Counted from the stretch's first letter, positions 13,135 through 27,181 are shown. The stretch is 64,000 nucleotides of DNA from Eledone cirrhosa (GCA_964016885.1 OZ024743.1:375100001-375164000), one strand, 5' to 3'. Made by a program: numbers and translations. The notes: generated from the sequence alone by a model not told the origin.

Positions 13135-16100
13135 GTGGTGAAAGAGTGACAGTGGCAGGTATAGAGAGTGTCACACTTGGGAGAGTGACAGTAACAGAAA
13201 CAGACAGAGAGGGAAGGAGTGGTGAAAGAGTGACAGTGGCAGGTATAGAGAGTGTGACAGTGGGGAGATTGACAGTAACAAAGACAGACAGAGAGGGGAG
13301 GAGTGTTGAAAGAGTGACAGTGGCAGATATAGAGAGTGTGACAGTAACAGAGACAGACAGAGAGGGAAGGAGTGGTGAAAGAGTGACAGTGGCAGGTATA
13401 GAGAGTGTCACACTTGGGAGAGTGACAGTAACAGAAACAGACAGAGAGGGAAGGAGTGGTGAAAGAGTGACAGTGGCAGGTATAGAGAGTGTGACAGTGG
13501 GGAGAGTGTCAGTAACAGAAACAGACAGAGAGGGAAGGGGTGTTTAAATAGTGACAGTGGCAGGTATAGAGAGTGTGACAGTGGGGAGAGTGACAGTAAC
13601 AGAGACAGACAGAGAGGGAAGGAATGGTGAAAGAGTGACAGTGGCAGGTATAGAGAGTGCGACAGTGGGGAGAGTGACAGTAACAGAGACAGGCAGAGAG
13701 GGAAGGAGTGTTCAAAGAGTGACAGTGGCAGGTATAGAGAGTGTGACAGTGGGAGAGTGACATTAACAGAGACAGACAGAGAGAGAGGGTGTGGTTAAAG
13801 AGTGAGAGTGGTAGGTATAGAGAGTGTGACAGTGTGGAGAGTGACAGTAACAGAGACAAGCAGAGATAGAGGAAGTGGTGAAAGAGTGACAGTGGCAGGT
13901 ATAGAGAGTGCAACAGTGGGGAGAGTGACAGTAACAGAGACAGACAGAGAGAGAAGGAGTGTTGAAAGAGTGAGAGTGGCAGGTATAGAGAGTGTGACAG
14001 TGGGGAGAGTGACAGTAACAGAGACAGACAGAGAGAGAGGAAGTGGTGAAAGAGTGACAGTGGCAGGTATAGAGAGTGTGACAGTGGGGAGAGTGACAGT
14101 AACAGAGACAGACAGAGAGGGAAGGAGTGGTGAAAGAGTGACAGTGGCAGGTATAGAGAGTGTGACAGTGGCGAGAGTGACAGTAACAGAGACAGACAGA
14201 GAGGGAAGGAGTGGTGAAAGAGTGGCATTGGCAGGTATAGAGCGTGTGACAGTGGGGAGAGTGACAGTAACAGAGACAGACAGAGAGGGAAGGGTGTGGT
14301 GAAAGAGTGACAGTGGCAGGTATAGAGAGTGTGACAGTGGGGAGAGTGACAGTAACAGAGACAGACAGAGAGAGAGGGAGTGCTGAAGGAGTGACAGTGG
14401 CAGGTATAGAGAGTGTGACACAGTGGAGAGTGACAGTAACAGAGACAGACAGAGAGAGAGGGAGTGGTGAAAGAGTGACAGTGGCAGGTATAGAGAGTGT
14501 GACAGTGGCGAGAGTGACAGTAACAGAGACAGACAGAGAGAGAAGGAGTGGTGAAAGAGTGACAGTGGCAGGTATAGATAGTGTGACAGTAACAGAGACA
14601 GACAGAGAGGGAAGTAGTGTTGAAAGAGTGACAGTGGCAGGTATAGAGAGTGTGACTGTGGCGAGAGCGACAGAAACAGAGACAGACAGAGAGGGAAGGA
14701 GTGGTGAAAGAGTCACAGACGCAGGTATAGAGAGTGTGACAGTGGGGAGAGTGACAGTAACAGAGACAGGCAGAGAGGGAAAGAGTGGTGAAAGAGTGAC
14801 AGTGGCAGGAATAGAGAGTGTGACAGTGGGGAGAGTGACAGTAACAGATCAGACAGAGAGGGAAGGAGTGGTGAAAGAGTGACAGTGGCAGGTATAGAGA
14901 GTGTGACAGCGGGGAGAGGGACAGTAACAGAGACAGGCAGAGAGGGAAGTAGTGTTGAAAGAGTGACAGTGGCAGGTATAGAGAGTGTGACAGTGGGGAG
15001 AGTGTCAGTAACAGAAACAGACAGAGAGGGAAGGGGTGTTTAAATAGTGACAGTGGCAGGTATAGAGAGTGTGACAATGGGGAGAGTGACAGTAACAGAG
15101 ACAGACCGAGAGGGAAGGAGTGGTGAAAGAGTGACAGTGGCAGGTATAGAGAGTGCAACAGTGGGGAGAGTGACAGTAACAGAGACAGGCAGAGAGGGAA
15201 GGAGTGTTCAAAGAGTGACAGTGGCAGGTATAGAGAGTGTGACAGTGGGGAGAGTGACAGTAACAGAGACAGACAGAGAGAGAGGGAGTGGTGAAAGAGT
15301 GAGAGTGATAGGTATAGAGAGTGTGACAGTGGGGAGAGTGACAGTAACAGAGACAAGCAGAGATAGAGGAAGTGGTGAAAGAGTGACAGTGGCAGGTATA
15401 GTGAGTGTGACAGTGGGGAGAGTGACAGTAACAGAGACAGACAGAGAGAGAAGGGGTGTTGAAAGAGTGATAGTGGCAGGTATAGAGAGTGTGACAGTGG
15501 GTAGAGTGACAGTAACAGAGACAGACAGAGAGAGAGGAAGTGGTGAAAGAGTGACAGTTGCAGGTATAGAGAGTGTGACAGTGGGGAGAGTGACTATAAC
15601 AGAGACAGACAGAGAGGGAAGGGTGTCGTGAAAGAGTGACAGTGGCAGGTATAGAGAGTGTGACAGTGGGGAGAGTGACAGTAACAGAGACAGACAGAGA
15701 GAGAAGGAGTGTTGAAAGAGTGATAGTGGCAGGTATAGAGAGTGTGACAGTGGGGAGAGTGACAGTAACAGAGACAGACAGAGAGAGAGGAAGTGGTGAA
15801 AGAGTGACAGTTGCAGGTATAGAGAGTGTGACAGTGGGGAGAGTGACTATAACAGAGACAGACAGAGAGGGAAGGGTGTCGTGAAAGAGTGACAGTGGCA
15901 GGTATAGAGAGTGTGACAGTGGCGAGAGTGACAGTAACAGAGACAGACAGAGAGGGAAGGAGTGGTGAAAGAGTGACACTGGCAGGTATAGAGAGTGTGA
16001 CAGTGGGGAGAGTGACAGTAACAGAGACAGACAGAGAGGGAAGGAGTGGTGAAAGAGTGACAGTGGCAGGTATAGAGAGTGTGACAGTGGGGAGAGTGAC

Positions 16101-19100
16101 AGTAACAGAGACAGACAGAGAAAGAAGGAGTGGTGAAAGAGTGACAGTGGCAGGTATAGAGAGTGTGACACTGGGGAGAGTGACAGTAACAGAGACAGAC
16201 AGAGAGGGAAGGAGTGGTGAAAGAGTGACAGTCGCAGGTATAGAGAGTGTCACAGTGGGGAGAGTGATAGTAACAGAGACAGACAGAGAAAGAAGGAGTG
16301 GTGAAAGAGTGACAGTGGCAGGTATAGAGAGTGTGACAGTGGGGAGAGTGACAGTAACAGAGACAGGCAGAGAGGGAAAGAGTGGTGAAAGAGTGACAGT
16401 GGCAGGTATAGAGAATGTCACAGTGGGGAGAGTAACAGTAACAGAGAAAGACAGAGAGGGGGAGTGGTGAAAGAGTGACAGTGGCAGGTATAGAGAGTGT
16501 GACAGTGGGGAGAGTGATAGTAACAGAGACAGAGAGGGTGGGAGGGAGTGGTGATAAAGTGACAGTGGCAGGTATAGAGAGTGTGACAGTGGGGAGAGTG
16601 ATAGTAACAGAGACAGAGAGGGTGGGAAGGAGTGGTGAAAGAGTGACAGTGGCAGGTATAGAGAGCGTGACAGTGGGGAGAGTGACAGTAACAGAGACAG
16701 ACAGAGAGGGAAAGAGTGGTGAAAGAGTGACAGTGGCCGGTATAGAGAGTGTGACAATGGGGACAGTGACAGTAACAGAGACAGACAGAGAGGGAAAGAG
16801 TGGTAAAAGAGTGACAGTGGCAGGTATAGAGAGTGTGACAGTGGGGAGAGTGACAGTAACAGAGACAGACAGAGAGGGAAGGAGTGGTGAAAGAGTGACA
16901 GTGGCAGGTATAGAGAGTGTGACAGTGGGGAGAGTGACAGTAACAGAGACAGACAGAGAGGGAGGGAGTGGTGAAAGAGTGACAGTGGCAGGTATAGAGA
17001 GTGCAATAGTGGGGAGAGTGACAGTAACAGAGACAGGCAGAGAGGGAAGGAGTGTTCAAAGAGTGACAGTGGCAGGTATAGAGAGTGTGACAGTGGGGAG
17101 AGTGTCAGTAACAGAAACAGACAGAGAGGGAAGGGGTGTTTAAATAGTGACAGTGGCAGGTATAGAGAGTGTGACAGTGGGGAGAGTGACAGTAACAGAG
17201 ACAGACAGAGAGGGAAGGATTGGTGAAAGTGTGACAATGGCAGGTATAGAGAGTGCAACAGTGGGGAGAGTGACAGTAACAGAGACAGGCAGAGAGGGAA
17301 GGAGTGTTCAAAGAGTGACAGTGGCAGGTATAGAGAGTGCGACAGTGGGGAGAGTGACAGTAACAGAGACAGACAGAGAGAGAGGGAGTGGTAAAAGAGT
17401 GAGAGTGGTAGGTATAGAGAGTGTGACAGTGGGGAGAGTGCCAGTAACAGAGACAGACAGAGAGGGAAGGGTGTGGTGAAAGAGTGACAGTGGCAGGTAT
17501 AGAGAGTGACAGTGGCGAGAGTGACAGTAACAGAGACAGACAGAGAGGGAAGGAGTGGTGAAAGAGTGACACTGGCAGGTATAGAGAGTGTGACAGTGGG
17601 GAGAGTGACAGTAACAGAGACAGGCAGAGAGAGAGGGAGTGGTGAAAGAGTGACAGTGGCAGGTATAGAGACTGTGACACTTGGGAGAGTGACAGTAACA
17701 GAAACAGACAGAGAGGGAAGGAGTGATGAAAGAGTGACACTGGCAGGTATAGAGAGTGTGACAGTGGGGAGAGTGACAGTAACAGAGACAGACAGAGAGG
17801 GAAGGAGTGGTGAAAGAGTGACAGTGGCAGGTATAGATAGTGTGACAGTAACAGAGACAGACAGAGAGGGAAGTAGTTTGAAAGAGTGACAGTGGCAGGT
17901 ATAGAGAGTGTGACAGTGGGGAGAGCGACAGTAACAGAGACAGACAGAGAGGGAAGGAGTGGTGAAAGAGTGACAGTCGCAGGTATAGAGAGTGTGACAG
18001 TGGGGAGAGTGACAGTAACAGAAACAGACAGAGAGGGAAGGAGTGATGAAAGAGTGACAGTGTCAGGTATAGAGAGTGTGACAGTGGGGAGAGTGACAGT
18101 AACAGAGACAGGCAGAGATAGAGGAAGTGGTGAAAGAGTGACAGTGGCAGGTATAGAGAGTGTCACACTTGGGAGAGTGACAGTAACAGAAACAGACAGA
18201 GAGGGAAGGAGTGGTGAAAGAGTGACAGTGGCAGGTATATAGAGTGTGACAGTGGGGAGATTGACAGTAACAAAGACAGACAGAGAGGGGAGGAGTGTTG
18301 AAAGAGTGACAGTGGCAGATATAGAGAGTGTGACAGTAACAGAGACAGACAGAGAGGGAAGGAGTGGTGAAAGAGTGACAGTGGCAGGTATAGAGAGTGT
18401 CACACTTGGGAGAGTGACAGTAACAGAAACAGACAGAGAGGGAAGGAGTGGTGAAAGAGTGACAGTGGCAGGTATAGAGAGTGTGACAGTGGGGAGAGTG
18501 TCAGTAACAGAAACAGACAGAGAGGGAAGGGGTGTTTAAATAGTGACAGTGGCAGGTATAGAGAGTGTGACAGTGGGGAGAGTGACAGTAACAGAGACAG
18601 ACAGAGAGGGAAGGAGTGGTGAAAGAGTGACAGTGGCAGGTATAGAGAGTGCGACAGTGGGGAGAGTGACAGTAACAGAGACAGGCAGAGAGGGAAGGAG
18701 TGTTCAAAGAGTGACAGTGGCAGGTATAGAGAGTGTGACAGTGGGAGAGTGACATTAACAGAGACAGACAGAGAGAGAGGGTGTGGTTAAAGAGTGAGAG
18801 TGGTAGGTATAGAGAGTGTGACAGTGTGGAGAGTGACAGTAACAGAGACAAGCAGAGATAGAGGAAGTGGTGAAAGAGTGACAGTGGCAGGTATAGAGAG
18901 TGCAACAGTGGGGAGAGTGACAGTAACAGAGACAGACAGAGAGAGAAGGAGTGTTGAAAGAGTGAGAGTGGCAGGTATAGAGAGTGTGACAGTGGGGAGA
19001 GTGACAGTAACAGAGACAGACAGAGAGAGAGGAAGTGGTGAAAGAGTGACAGTGGCAGGTATAGAGAGTGTGACAGTGGGGAGAGTGACAGTAACAGAGA

Positions 19101-22100
19101 CAGACAGAGAGGGAAGGAGTGGTGAAAGAGTGACAGTGGCAGGTATAGAGAGTGTGACAGTGGCGAGAGTGACAGTAACAGAGACAGACAGAGAGGGAAG
19201 GAGTGGTGAAAGAGTGGCATTGGCAGGTATAGAGCGTGTGACAGTGGGGAGAGTGACAGTAACAGAGACAGACAGAGAGGGAAGGGTGTGGTGAAAGAGT
19301 GACAGTGGCAGGTATAGAGAGTGTGACAGTGGGGAGAGTGACAGTAACAGAGACAGACAGAGAGAGAGGGAGTGCTGAAGGAGTGACAGTGGCAGGTATA
19401 GAGAGTGTGACACAGTGGAGAGTGACAGTAACAGAGACAGACAGAGAGAGAGGGAGTGGTGAAAGAGTGACAGTGGCAGGTATAGAGAGTGTGACAGTGG
19501 CGAGAGTGACAGTAACAGAGACAGACAGAGAGAGAAGGAGTGGTGAAAGAGTGACAGTGGCAGGTATAGATAGTGTGACAGTAACAGAGACAGACAGAGA
19601 GGGAAGTAGTGTTGAAAGAGTGACAGTGGCAGGTATAGAGAGTGTGACTGTGGCGAGAGCGACAGAAACAGAGACAGACAGAGAGGGAAGGAGTGGTGAA
19701 AGAGTCACAGACGCAGGTATAGAGAGTGTGACAGTGGGGAGAGTGACAGTAACAGAGACAGGCAGAGAGGGAAAGAGTGGTGAAAGAGTGACAGTGGCAG
19801 GAATAGAGAGTGTGACAGTGGGGAGAGTGACAGTAACAGATCAGACAGAGAGGGAAGGAGTGGTGAAAGAGTGACAGTGGCAGGTATAGAGAGTGTGACA
19901 GCGGGGAGAGGGACAGTAACAGAGACAGGCAGAGAGGGAAGTAGTGTTGAAAGAGTGACAGTGGCAGGTATAGAGAGTGTGACAGTGGGGAGAGTGTCAG
20001 TAACAGAAACAGACAGAGAGGGAAGGGGTGTTTAAATAGTGACAGTGGCAGGTATAGAGAGTGTGACAATGGGGAGAGTGACAGTAACAGAGACAGACCG
20101 AGAGGGAAGGAGTGGTGAAAGAGTGACAGTGGCAGGTATAGAGAGTGCAACAGTGGGGAGAGTGACAGTAACAGAGACAGGCAGAGAGGGAAGGAGTGTT
20201 CAAAGAGTGACAGTGGCAGGTATAGAGAGTGTGACAGTGGGGAGAGTGACAGTAACAGAGACAGACAGAGAGAGAGGGAGTGGTGAAAGAGTGAGAGTGA
20301 TAGGTATAGAGAGTGTGACAGTGGGGAGAGTGACAGTAACAGAGACAAGCAGAGATAGAGGAAGTGGTGAAAGAGTGACAGTGGCAGGTATAGTGAGTGT
20401 GACAGTGGGGAGAGTGACAGTAACAGAGACAGACAGAGAGAGAAGGGGTGTTGAAAGAGTGATAGTGGCAGGTATAGAGAGTGTGACAGTGGGTAGAGTG
20501 ACAGTAACAGAGACAGACAGAGAGAGAGGAAGTGGTGAAAGAGTGACAGTTGCAGGTATAGAGAGTGTGACAGTGGGGAGAGTGACTATAACAGAGACAG
20601 ACAGAGAGGGAAGGGTGTCGTGAAAGAGTGACAGTGGCAGGTATAGAGAGTGTGACAGTGGGGAGAGTGACAGTAACAGAGACAGACAGAGAGAGAAGGA
20701 GTGTTGAAAGAGTGATAGTGGCAGGTATAGAGAGTGTGACAGTGGGGAGAGTGACAGTAACAGAGACAGACAGAGAGAGAGGAAGTGGTGAAAGAGTGAC
20801 AGTTGCAGGTATAGAGAGTGTGACAGTGGGGAGAGTGACTATAACAGAGACAGACAGAGAGGGAAGGGTGTCGTGAAAGAGTGACAGTGGCAGGTATAGA
20901 GAGTGTGACAGTGGCGAGAGTGACAGTAACAGAGACAGACAGAGAGGGAAGGAGTGGTGAAAGAGTGACACTGGCAGGTATAGAGAGTGTGACAGTGGGG
21001 AGAGTGACAGTAACAGAGACAGACAGAGAGGGAAGGAGTGGTGAAAGAGTGACAGTGGCAGGTATAGAGAGTGTGACAGTGGGGAGAGTGACAGTAACAG
21101 AGACAGACAGAGAAAGAAGGAGTGGTGAAAGAGTGACAGTGGCAGGTATAGAGAGTGTGACACTGGGGAGAGTGACAGTAACAGAGACAGACAGAGAGGG
21201 AAGGAGTGGTGAAAGAGTGACAGTCGCAGGTATAGAGAGTGTCACAGTGGGGAGAGTGATAGTAACAGAGACAGACAGAGAAAGAAGGAGTGGTGAAAGA
21301 GTGACAGTGGCAGGTATAGAGAGTGTGACAGTGGGGAGAGTGACAGTAACAGAGACAGGCAGAGAGGGAAAGAGTGGTGAAAGAGTGACAGTGGCAGGTA
21401 TAGAGAATGTCACAGTGGGGAGAGTAACAGTAACAGAGAAAGACAGAGAGGGGGAGTGGTGAAAGAGTGACAGTGGCAGGTATAGAGAGTGTGACAGTGG
21501 GGAGAGTGATAGTAACAGAGACAGAGAGGGTGGGAGGGAGTGGTGATAAAGTGACAGTGGCAGGTATAGAGAGTGTGACAGTGGGGAGAGTGATAGTAAC
21601 AGAGACAGAGAGGGTGGGAAGGAGTGGTGAAAGAGTGACAGTGGCAGGTATAGAGAGCGTGACAGTGGGGAGAGTGACAGTAACAGAGACAGACAGAGAG
21701 GGAAAGAGTGGTGAAAGAGTGACAGTGGCCGGTATAGAGAGTGTGACAATGGGGACAGTGACAGTAACAGAGACAGACAGAGAGGGAAAGAGTGGTAAAA
21801 GAGTGACAGTGGCAGGTATAGAGAGTGTGACAGTGGGGAGAGTGACAGTAACAGAGACAGACAGAGAGGGAAGGAGTGGTGAAAGAGTGACAGTGGCAGG
21901 TATAGAGAGTGTGACAGTGGGGAGAGTGACAGTAACAGAGACAGACAGAGAGGGAGGGAGTGGTGAAAGAGTGACAGTGGCAGGTATAGAGAGTGCAATA
22001 GTGGGGAGAGTGACAGTAACAGAGACAGGCAGAGAGGGAAGGAGTGTTCAAAGAGTGACAGTGGCAGGTATAGAGAGTGTGACAGTGGGGAGAGTGTCAG

Positions 22101-23012
22101 TAACAGAAACAGACAGAGAGGGAAGGGGTGTTTAAATAGTGACAGTGGCAGGTATAGAGAGTGTGACAGTGGGGAGAGTGACAGTAACAGAGACAGACAG
22201 AGAGGGAAGGATTGGTGAAAGTGTGACAATGGCAGGTATAGAGAGTGCAACAGTGGGGAGAGTGACAGTAACAGAGACAGGCAGAGAGGGAAGGAGTGTT
22301 CAAAGAGTGACAGTGGCAGGTATAGAGAGTGCGACAGTGGGGAGAGTGACAGTAACAGAGACAGACAGAGAGAGAGGGAGTGGTAAAAGAGTGAGAGTGG
22401 TAGGTATAGAGAGTGTGACAGTGGGGAGAGTGCCAGTAACAGAGACAGACAGAGAGGGAAGGGTGTGGTGAAAGAGTGACAGTGGCAGGTATAGAGAGTG
22501 ACAGTGGCGAGAGTGACAGTAACAGAGACAGACAGAGAGGGAAGGAGTGGTGAAAGAGTGACACTGGCAGGTATAGAGAGTGTGACAGTGGGGAGAGTGA
22601 CAGTAACAGAGACAGGCAGAGAGAGAGGGAGTGGTGAAAGAGTGACAGTGGCAGGTATAGAGACTGTGACACTTGGGAGAGTGACAGTAACAGAAACAGA
22701 CAGAGAGGGAAGGAGTGATGAAAGAGTGACACTGGCAGGTATAGAGAGTGTGACAGTGGGGAGAGTGACAGTAACAGAGACAGACAGAGAGGGAAGGAGT
22801 GGTGAAAGAGTGACAGTGGCAGGTATAGATAGTGTGACAGTAACAGAGACAGACAGAGAGGGAAGTAGTTTGAAAGAGTGACAGTGGCAGGTATAGAGAG
22901 TGTGACAGTGGGGAGAGCGACAGTAACAGAGACAGACAGAGAGGGAAGGAGTGGTGAAAGAGTGACAGTCGCAGGTATAGAGAGTGTGACAGTGGGGAGA
23001 GTGACAGTAACA
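13135..23012. repeat. Near-identical 4992-bp higher-order tandem duplication inside the 84-bp array
   Basis: Diagnostic variants and ORF-track entries recur at exactly +4992 (13509/18501, 15047/20039, 16475/21467, 17886/22878). Boundaries are approximate. Confidence 0.93.
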
Positions 23013-26000
23013 GAGACAGGCAGCGAGGGAAAGAGTGGTGAAAGAGTGACAGTGGCAGGTATAGAGAGTGTGACGGTGGGGAGAGTGACAGTAACAGATC
23101 AGACAGAGAGGGAAGGAGTGGTGAAAGAGTGACAGTGGCAGGTATAGAGAGTGTGACAGTGGGGAGAGTGACAGTAACAGAGACAGACAGAGAGGGAAGG
23201 AGTGGTGAAAGAGTGACAGTGGCAGGTATAGAGAGTGTGACAGCGGGGAGAGGGACAGTAACAGAGACAGACAGGGAGAGAGGGAGTGGTGAAAGAGTGA
23301 CAGTGGCAGGTATAGAGAGTGTGACAGTGGGGAGAGTGACAGTAACAGAGACAGACAGCGAGGGAAGGAGTGGTGAAAGAGTGACACTGGCAGGTATAGA
23401 GAGTGTGACAGTGGCGAGAGTGACAGTAACAGAGACAGACAGAGAGGGAAGGGTGTGGTGAAAGAGTGACAGTGGCAGGTATAGAGAGTGTGACAGTGGC
23501 GAGAGTGACAGTAACAGAGACAGACAGAGAGGGAAGGAGTCGTGAAAGAGTGACAGTGGCAGGTATAGAGAGAGTGACACAGGGGAGAGTGACAGTAACA
23601 GAGACAGACAGAGAGGGAAGGAGTGGTGAAAGAGTGACAGTGGCAGGTATAGAGAGTGTGACAGTGGCGAGAGTGACAGTAACAGAGACAGACAGAGAGG
23701 GAAGGAGTGGTGAAAGAGTGACACTGGCAGGTATAGAGAGTGTGACAGTGGCGAGAGTGACAGTAACAGAGACAGACAGAGAGGGAAGGGTGTGGTGAAA
23801 GAGTGACAGAGGCAGGTATAGAGAGTGTGACAGTGGGGAGAGTGACAGTAACAGAGACAGACAGAGAGAGAGGGAGTGGTGAATGATTGACAGTGGCAGG
23901 TATAGAGAGTGTAACACAGTGGAGAGTGACAGTAACAGAGATAGACAGAGAGGGAAGGAGTGGTGAAAGAGTGACAGTGGCAGGTATAGAGAGTGTAACA
24001 CAGGGGAGAGTGACAGTAACAGAGACAGACAGAGAGGGAAGGGTGTGGTGAAAGAGTGACAGTGGCAGGTATAGAGAGTGTGACAGTGGGGAGAGTGACA
24101 GTAACAGAGACAGACAGAGAGAGAGGGAGTGGTGAAAGATTGACAGTGGCAGGTATAGAGAGTGTGACAGTGGGGAGAGTGACAGTAACAGAGACAGACA
24201 GAGAGGGAAGGAGTGGTGAAAGAGTGACAGTGGCAGGTATAGAGAGTGTGACAGCGGGGAGAGGGACAGTAACAGAGACAGACAGGGAGAGAGGGAGTGG
24301 TGAAAGAGTGACAGTGGCAGGTATAGAGAGTGTGACAGTGGGGAGAGTGACAGTAACAGAGACAGACAGCGAGGGAAGGAGTGGTGAAAGAGTGACACTG
24401 GCAGGTATAGAGAGTGTGACAGTGGCGAGAGTGACAGTAACAGAGACAGACAGAGAGGGAAGGGTGTGGTGAAAGAGTGACAGTGGCAGGTATAGAGAGT
24501 GTGACAGTGGCGAGAGTGACAGTAACAGAGACAGACAGAGAGAGAGGGAGTGGTGAAAGATTGACAGTGGCAGGTATAGAGAGTGTGACAGCGGGGAGAG
24601 TGACAGTGACAGAGACAGACAGGGAGAGAGGGAGTGGTGAAAGAGTGACAGTGGCAGGTATAGAGAGTGTGACAGTGGGGAGAGTGACAGTAACAGAGAC
24701 AGACAGAGAGGGAAGGAGTGGTGAAAGATTGACAGTGGCAGGTATAGAGAGTGTGACAGTGGGGAGAGTGACAGTAACAGAGACAGGCAGAGAGGGAAAG
24801 AGTGGTGAAAGAGTGACAGTGGCAGGTATAGAGAGTGTGACAGTGGGGAGAGTAACAGTAACAGATCAGACAGAGATGGAAGGAGTGGTGAAAGAGTAAC
24901 AGTGACAGGTATAGAGAGTGTGACAGTGGGGAGAGTGACATTAACAGAGACAGACAGAGAGGGAAGGGTGTGGTGAAAGAGTGACAGTGGCAGGTATAGA
25001 GAGTGTGACAGTGGCGAGAGTGACAGTAACAGAGACAGACAGAGAGGGAAGGAGTGTTGAAAGAGTGAGACTGGCAGGTATAGAGAGTGTGACAGTGGGG
25101 AGAGTGACAGTAACAGAGACAGACAGAGAGGGAAAGATTGGTGACAGAGTGACAGTGGCAGGTATAGAGAGTGTGACAGTGGGGAGAGTGACAGTAACAG
25201 AGACAGACAGAGAGGGAAAGAGTGGTTAAAGAGTGACAGTGGCAGGTATAGAGAGTGTGACAGTGGGGAGAGTGATAGTAACAGAGACAGACAGAGAGGG
25301 AAGGAGTGGTGAAAGAGTGACAGTGGCAGGTATAGAGAGTGTGACAGTGGGGAGAGTGACAGTAACAGAGACAGACAGAGAGGGAAGGAGTGGTGAAAGA
25401 GTGACAGTGGCAGGTATAGAGAGTGTGACAGTGGGGAGAGTGACAGTAACAGAGACAGACAGAGAGGGAGGGAGTGGTGAAAGATTGACAGTGGCAGGTA
25501 TAGAGAGTGTGACAGTGGGGAGAGTGACAGTAACAGAGACAGACAGAGAGAGAGAGGGAGTGGTGAAAGAGTGACAGTGGCATGTATAGAGAGTGTGACA
25601 GTGGGGAGAGTGACAGTAACAGAGACAGACAGAGAGGGAGGGAGTGGTGAAAGAGTGACAGTGGCAGGTAAAGAGAGTGTGACAGTGGGGAGCGTGACAG
25701 TAACAGAGACAGACAGAGAGGGAAAGAGTGGTTAAAGAGTGACAGTGGCAGGTATAGAGAGTGTGACAGTGGGGAGAGTGACAGTAACAGAGACAGACAG
25801 AGAGGGAAGGAGTGGTGAAAAAGTGACAGTGGCAGGTATAGAGAGTGTGACAGTGGGGAGAGTGACAGTAACAGAGACAGACAGAGAGGGAGGGGGTGGT
25901 GAAAGAGTGACTGTGGCAGGTATAGAGAGTGTGACAGTGGGGAGAGTGACAGTAACAGAGACAGACAGAGAGGGAGGGGGTGGTGAAAGAGTGACAGTGG

Positions 26001-26060
26001 CAGGTATAGAGAGTGTGACAGTGGGGAGAGTGACAGTAACAGAGACAGACAGAGAGGGAG

Positions 26061-26701
26061 AGAGAGAGAGAGAGGGAGAGAGAGAGAGAGTGATAGCGAG
26101 AGAGAGAGAGAGAGAGAGTGAGAGAAAGAGAGAGAAGGATAGAGAGAGAGGGAAAGTTTGATTGTGTGGGATGTCAGGAGACAGAGAGTGCGAGAGGGTG
26201 AGAGAGTGACAGTGAGAGTGAGTGGATGTGTGAAAGTACAAGTGTGTGTGTGTGTGTGTCACAGAGATTATGGCGAGATGTGACAGCGTAATAAGAGACA
26301 CTAACAGAAGGAGACAGAGAGAGAGAGAGGGGGGTAGGGGAGCGTGAGAGGGAGTGCATGTGAGTGCGTGTATGTGTATGTGTGATAGAGTGAGAGATAG
26401 AGAGAGCGTGAGAGGAGAGCATGTGAGTGTGTGTATGTATGTATGTGTGTGTGAGTATGTGTATGTATGTGTGTGTGTGTGAGAGAGAGATAGAGTGAGA
26501 GAGTGAGAGAGTGCGTGAGAGGGTGAGGGAGAGCATGTAAGTGTGTGTATGTGTGAGAATGTGTATGTGTGTGTTTGAGAGAGTGTGTGTCTGTGTTAAT
26601 ATGTGTATGTGTGTGTGAGTGTGTGTGTGTGTGTGTGAGTGTGTGTGTAAAGTATTTATTTATACATCTCTATATCTATAGGTGAGCAATAGTAAGTATG
26701 A

Positions 26702-26740
<39 letters not shown>
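26061..26740. repeat. Compound (GA)n / (GT)n degenerate microsatellite
   Basis: GA runs directly after the array, then GT/GTAT runs, and a pure (GT)n at about 26705-26740. Confidence 0.92.
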
Positions 26741-26741
<1 letters not shown>

Positions 26742-26837
26742 TGATAGTCAATGCAACATGTGATGTAGTAGAAGCGAGCTGCTGGGTACCTCCTGTTATA
26801 GACTATATTACACTGCGGAATCATCTGGAAATTACTG

Positions 26838-26928
26838 CACACTCACATATACACAGATACACACGCACACACACACACACTCACAGACAGACAGACTCAT
26901 AGACACATGCATACATACAGCATACACT

Positions 26929-26966
<38 letters not shown>

Positions 26967-27150
26967 CACACACATATACGTATACACGCACACACACAGA
27001 CATACACACACATATATATATATACATACATACACACATGTACACACATACTCATAGACACATACATACATACAGCATACACACACATATATATATATAT
27101 ATATATACATACATACACACATATACGTACACACGCACACACACAGACAT

Positions 27151-27181
<31 letters not shown>

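Larger units (their letters stand above)
1..26060. repeat. 84-bp minisatellite tandem array (roughly 310 units; continues beyond the left edge)
   Basis: Consensus AGTGGTGAAAGAGTGACAGTGGCAGGTATAGAGAGTGTGACAGTGGGGAGAGTGACAGTAACAGAGACAGACAGAGAGGGAAGG repeated head-to-tail. Shorter 69-bp and 60-bp variants and +/-1-2 bp variants also occur. Unit count is estimated from length/84. Confidence 0.98.

Noticed and set aside
1-26060. CRISPR-like array or RSS heptamer (CACAGTG) resemblance
   Set aside because: No unique spacers between repeats. The motif is mostly GACAGTG with no nonamer.
13-26161. Long ORFs of 28-aa repeats (VTVAGIESVTVGRVTVTETDREGRSGER) and Cys/His-rich reverse frames
   Set aside because: 84 is a multiple of 3 and the frame lacks stops by composition. 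Frameshifts and stops are frequent and faithfully copied in duplicated blocks, and there is no unique N- or C-terminus.
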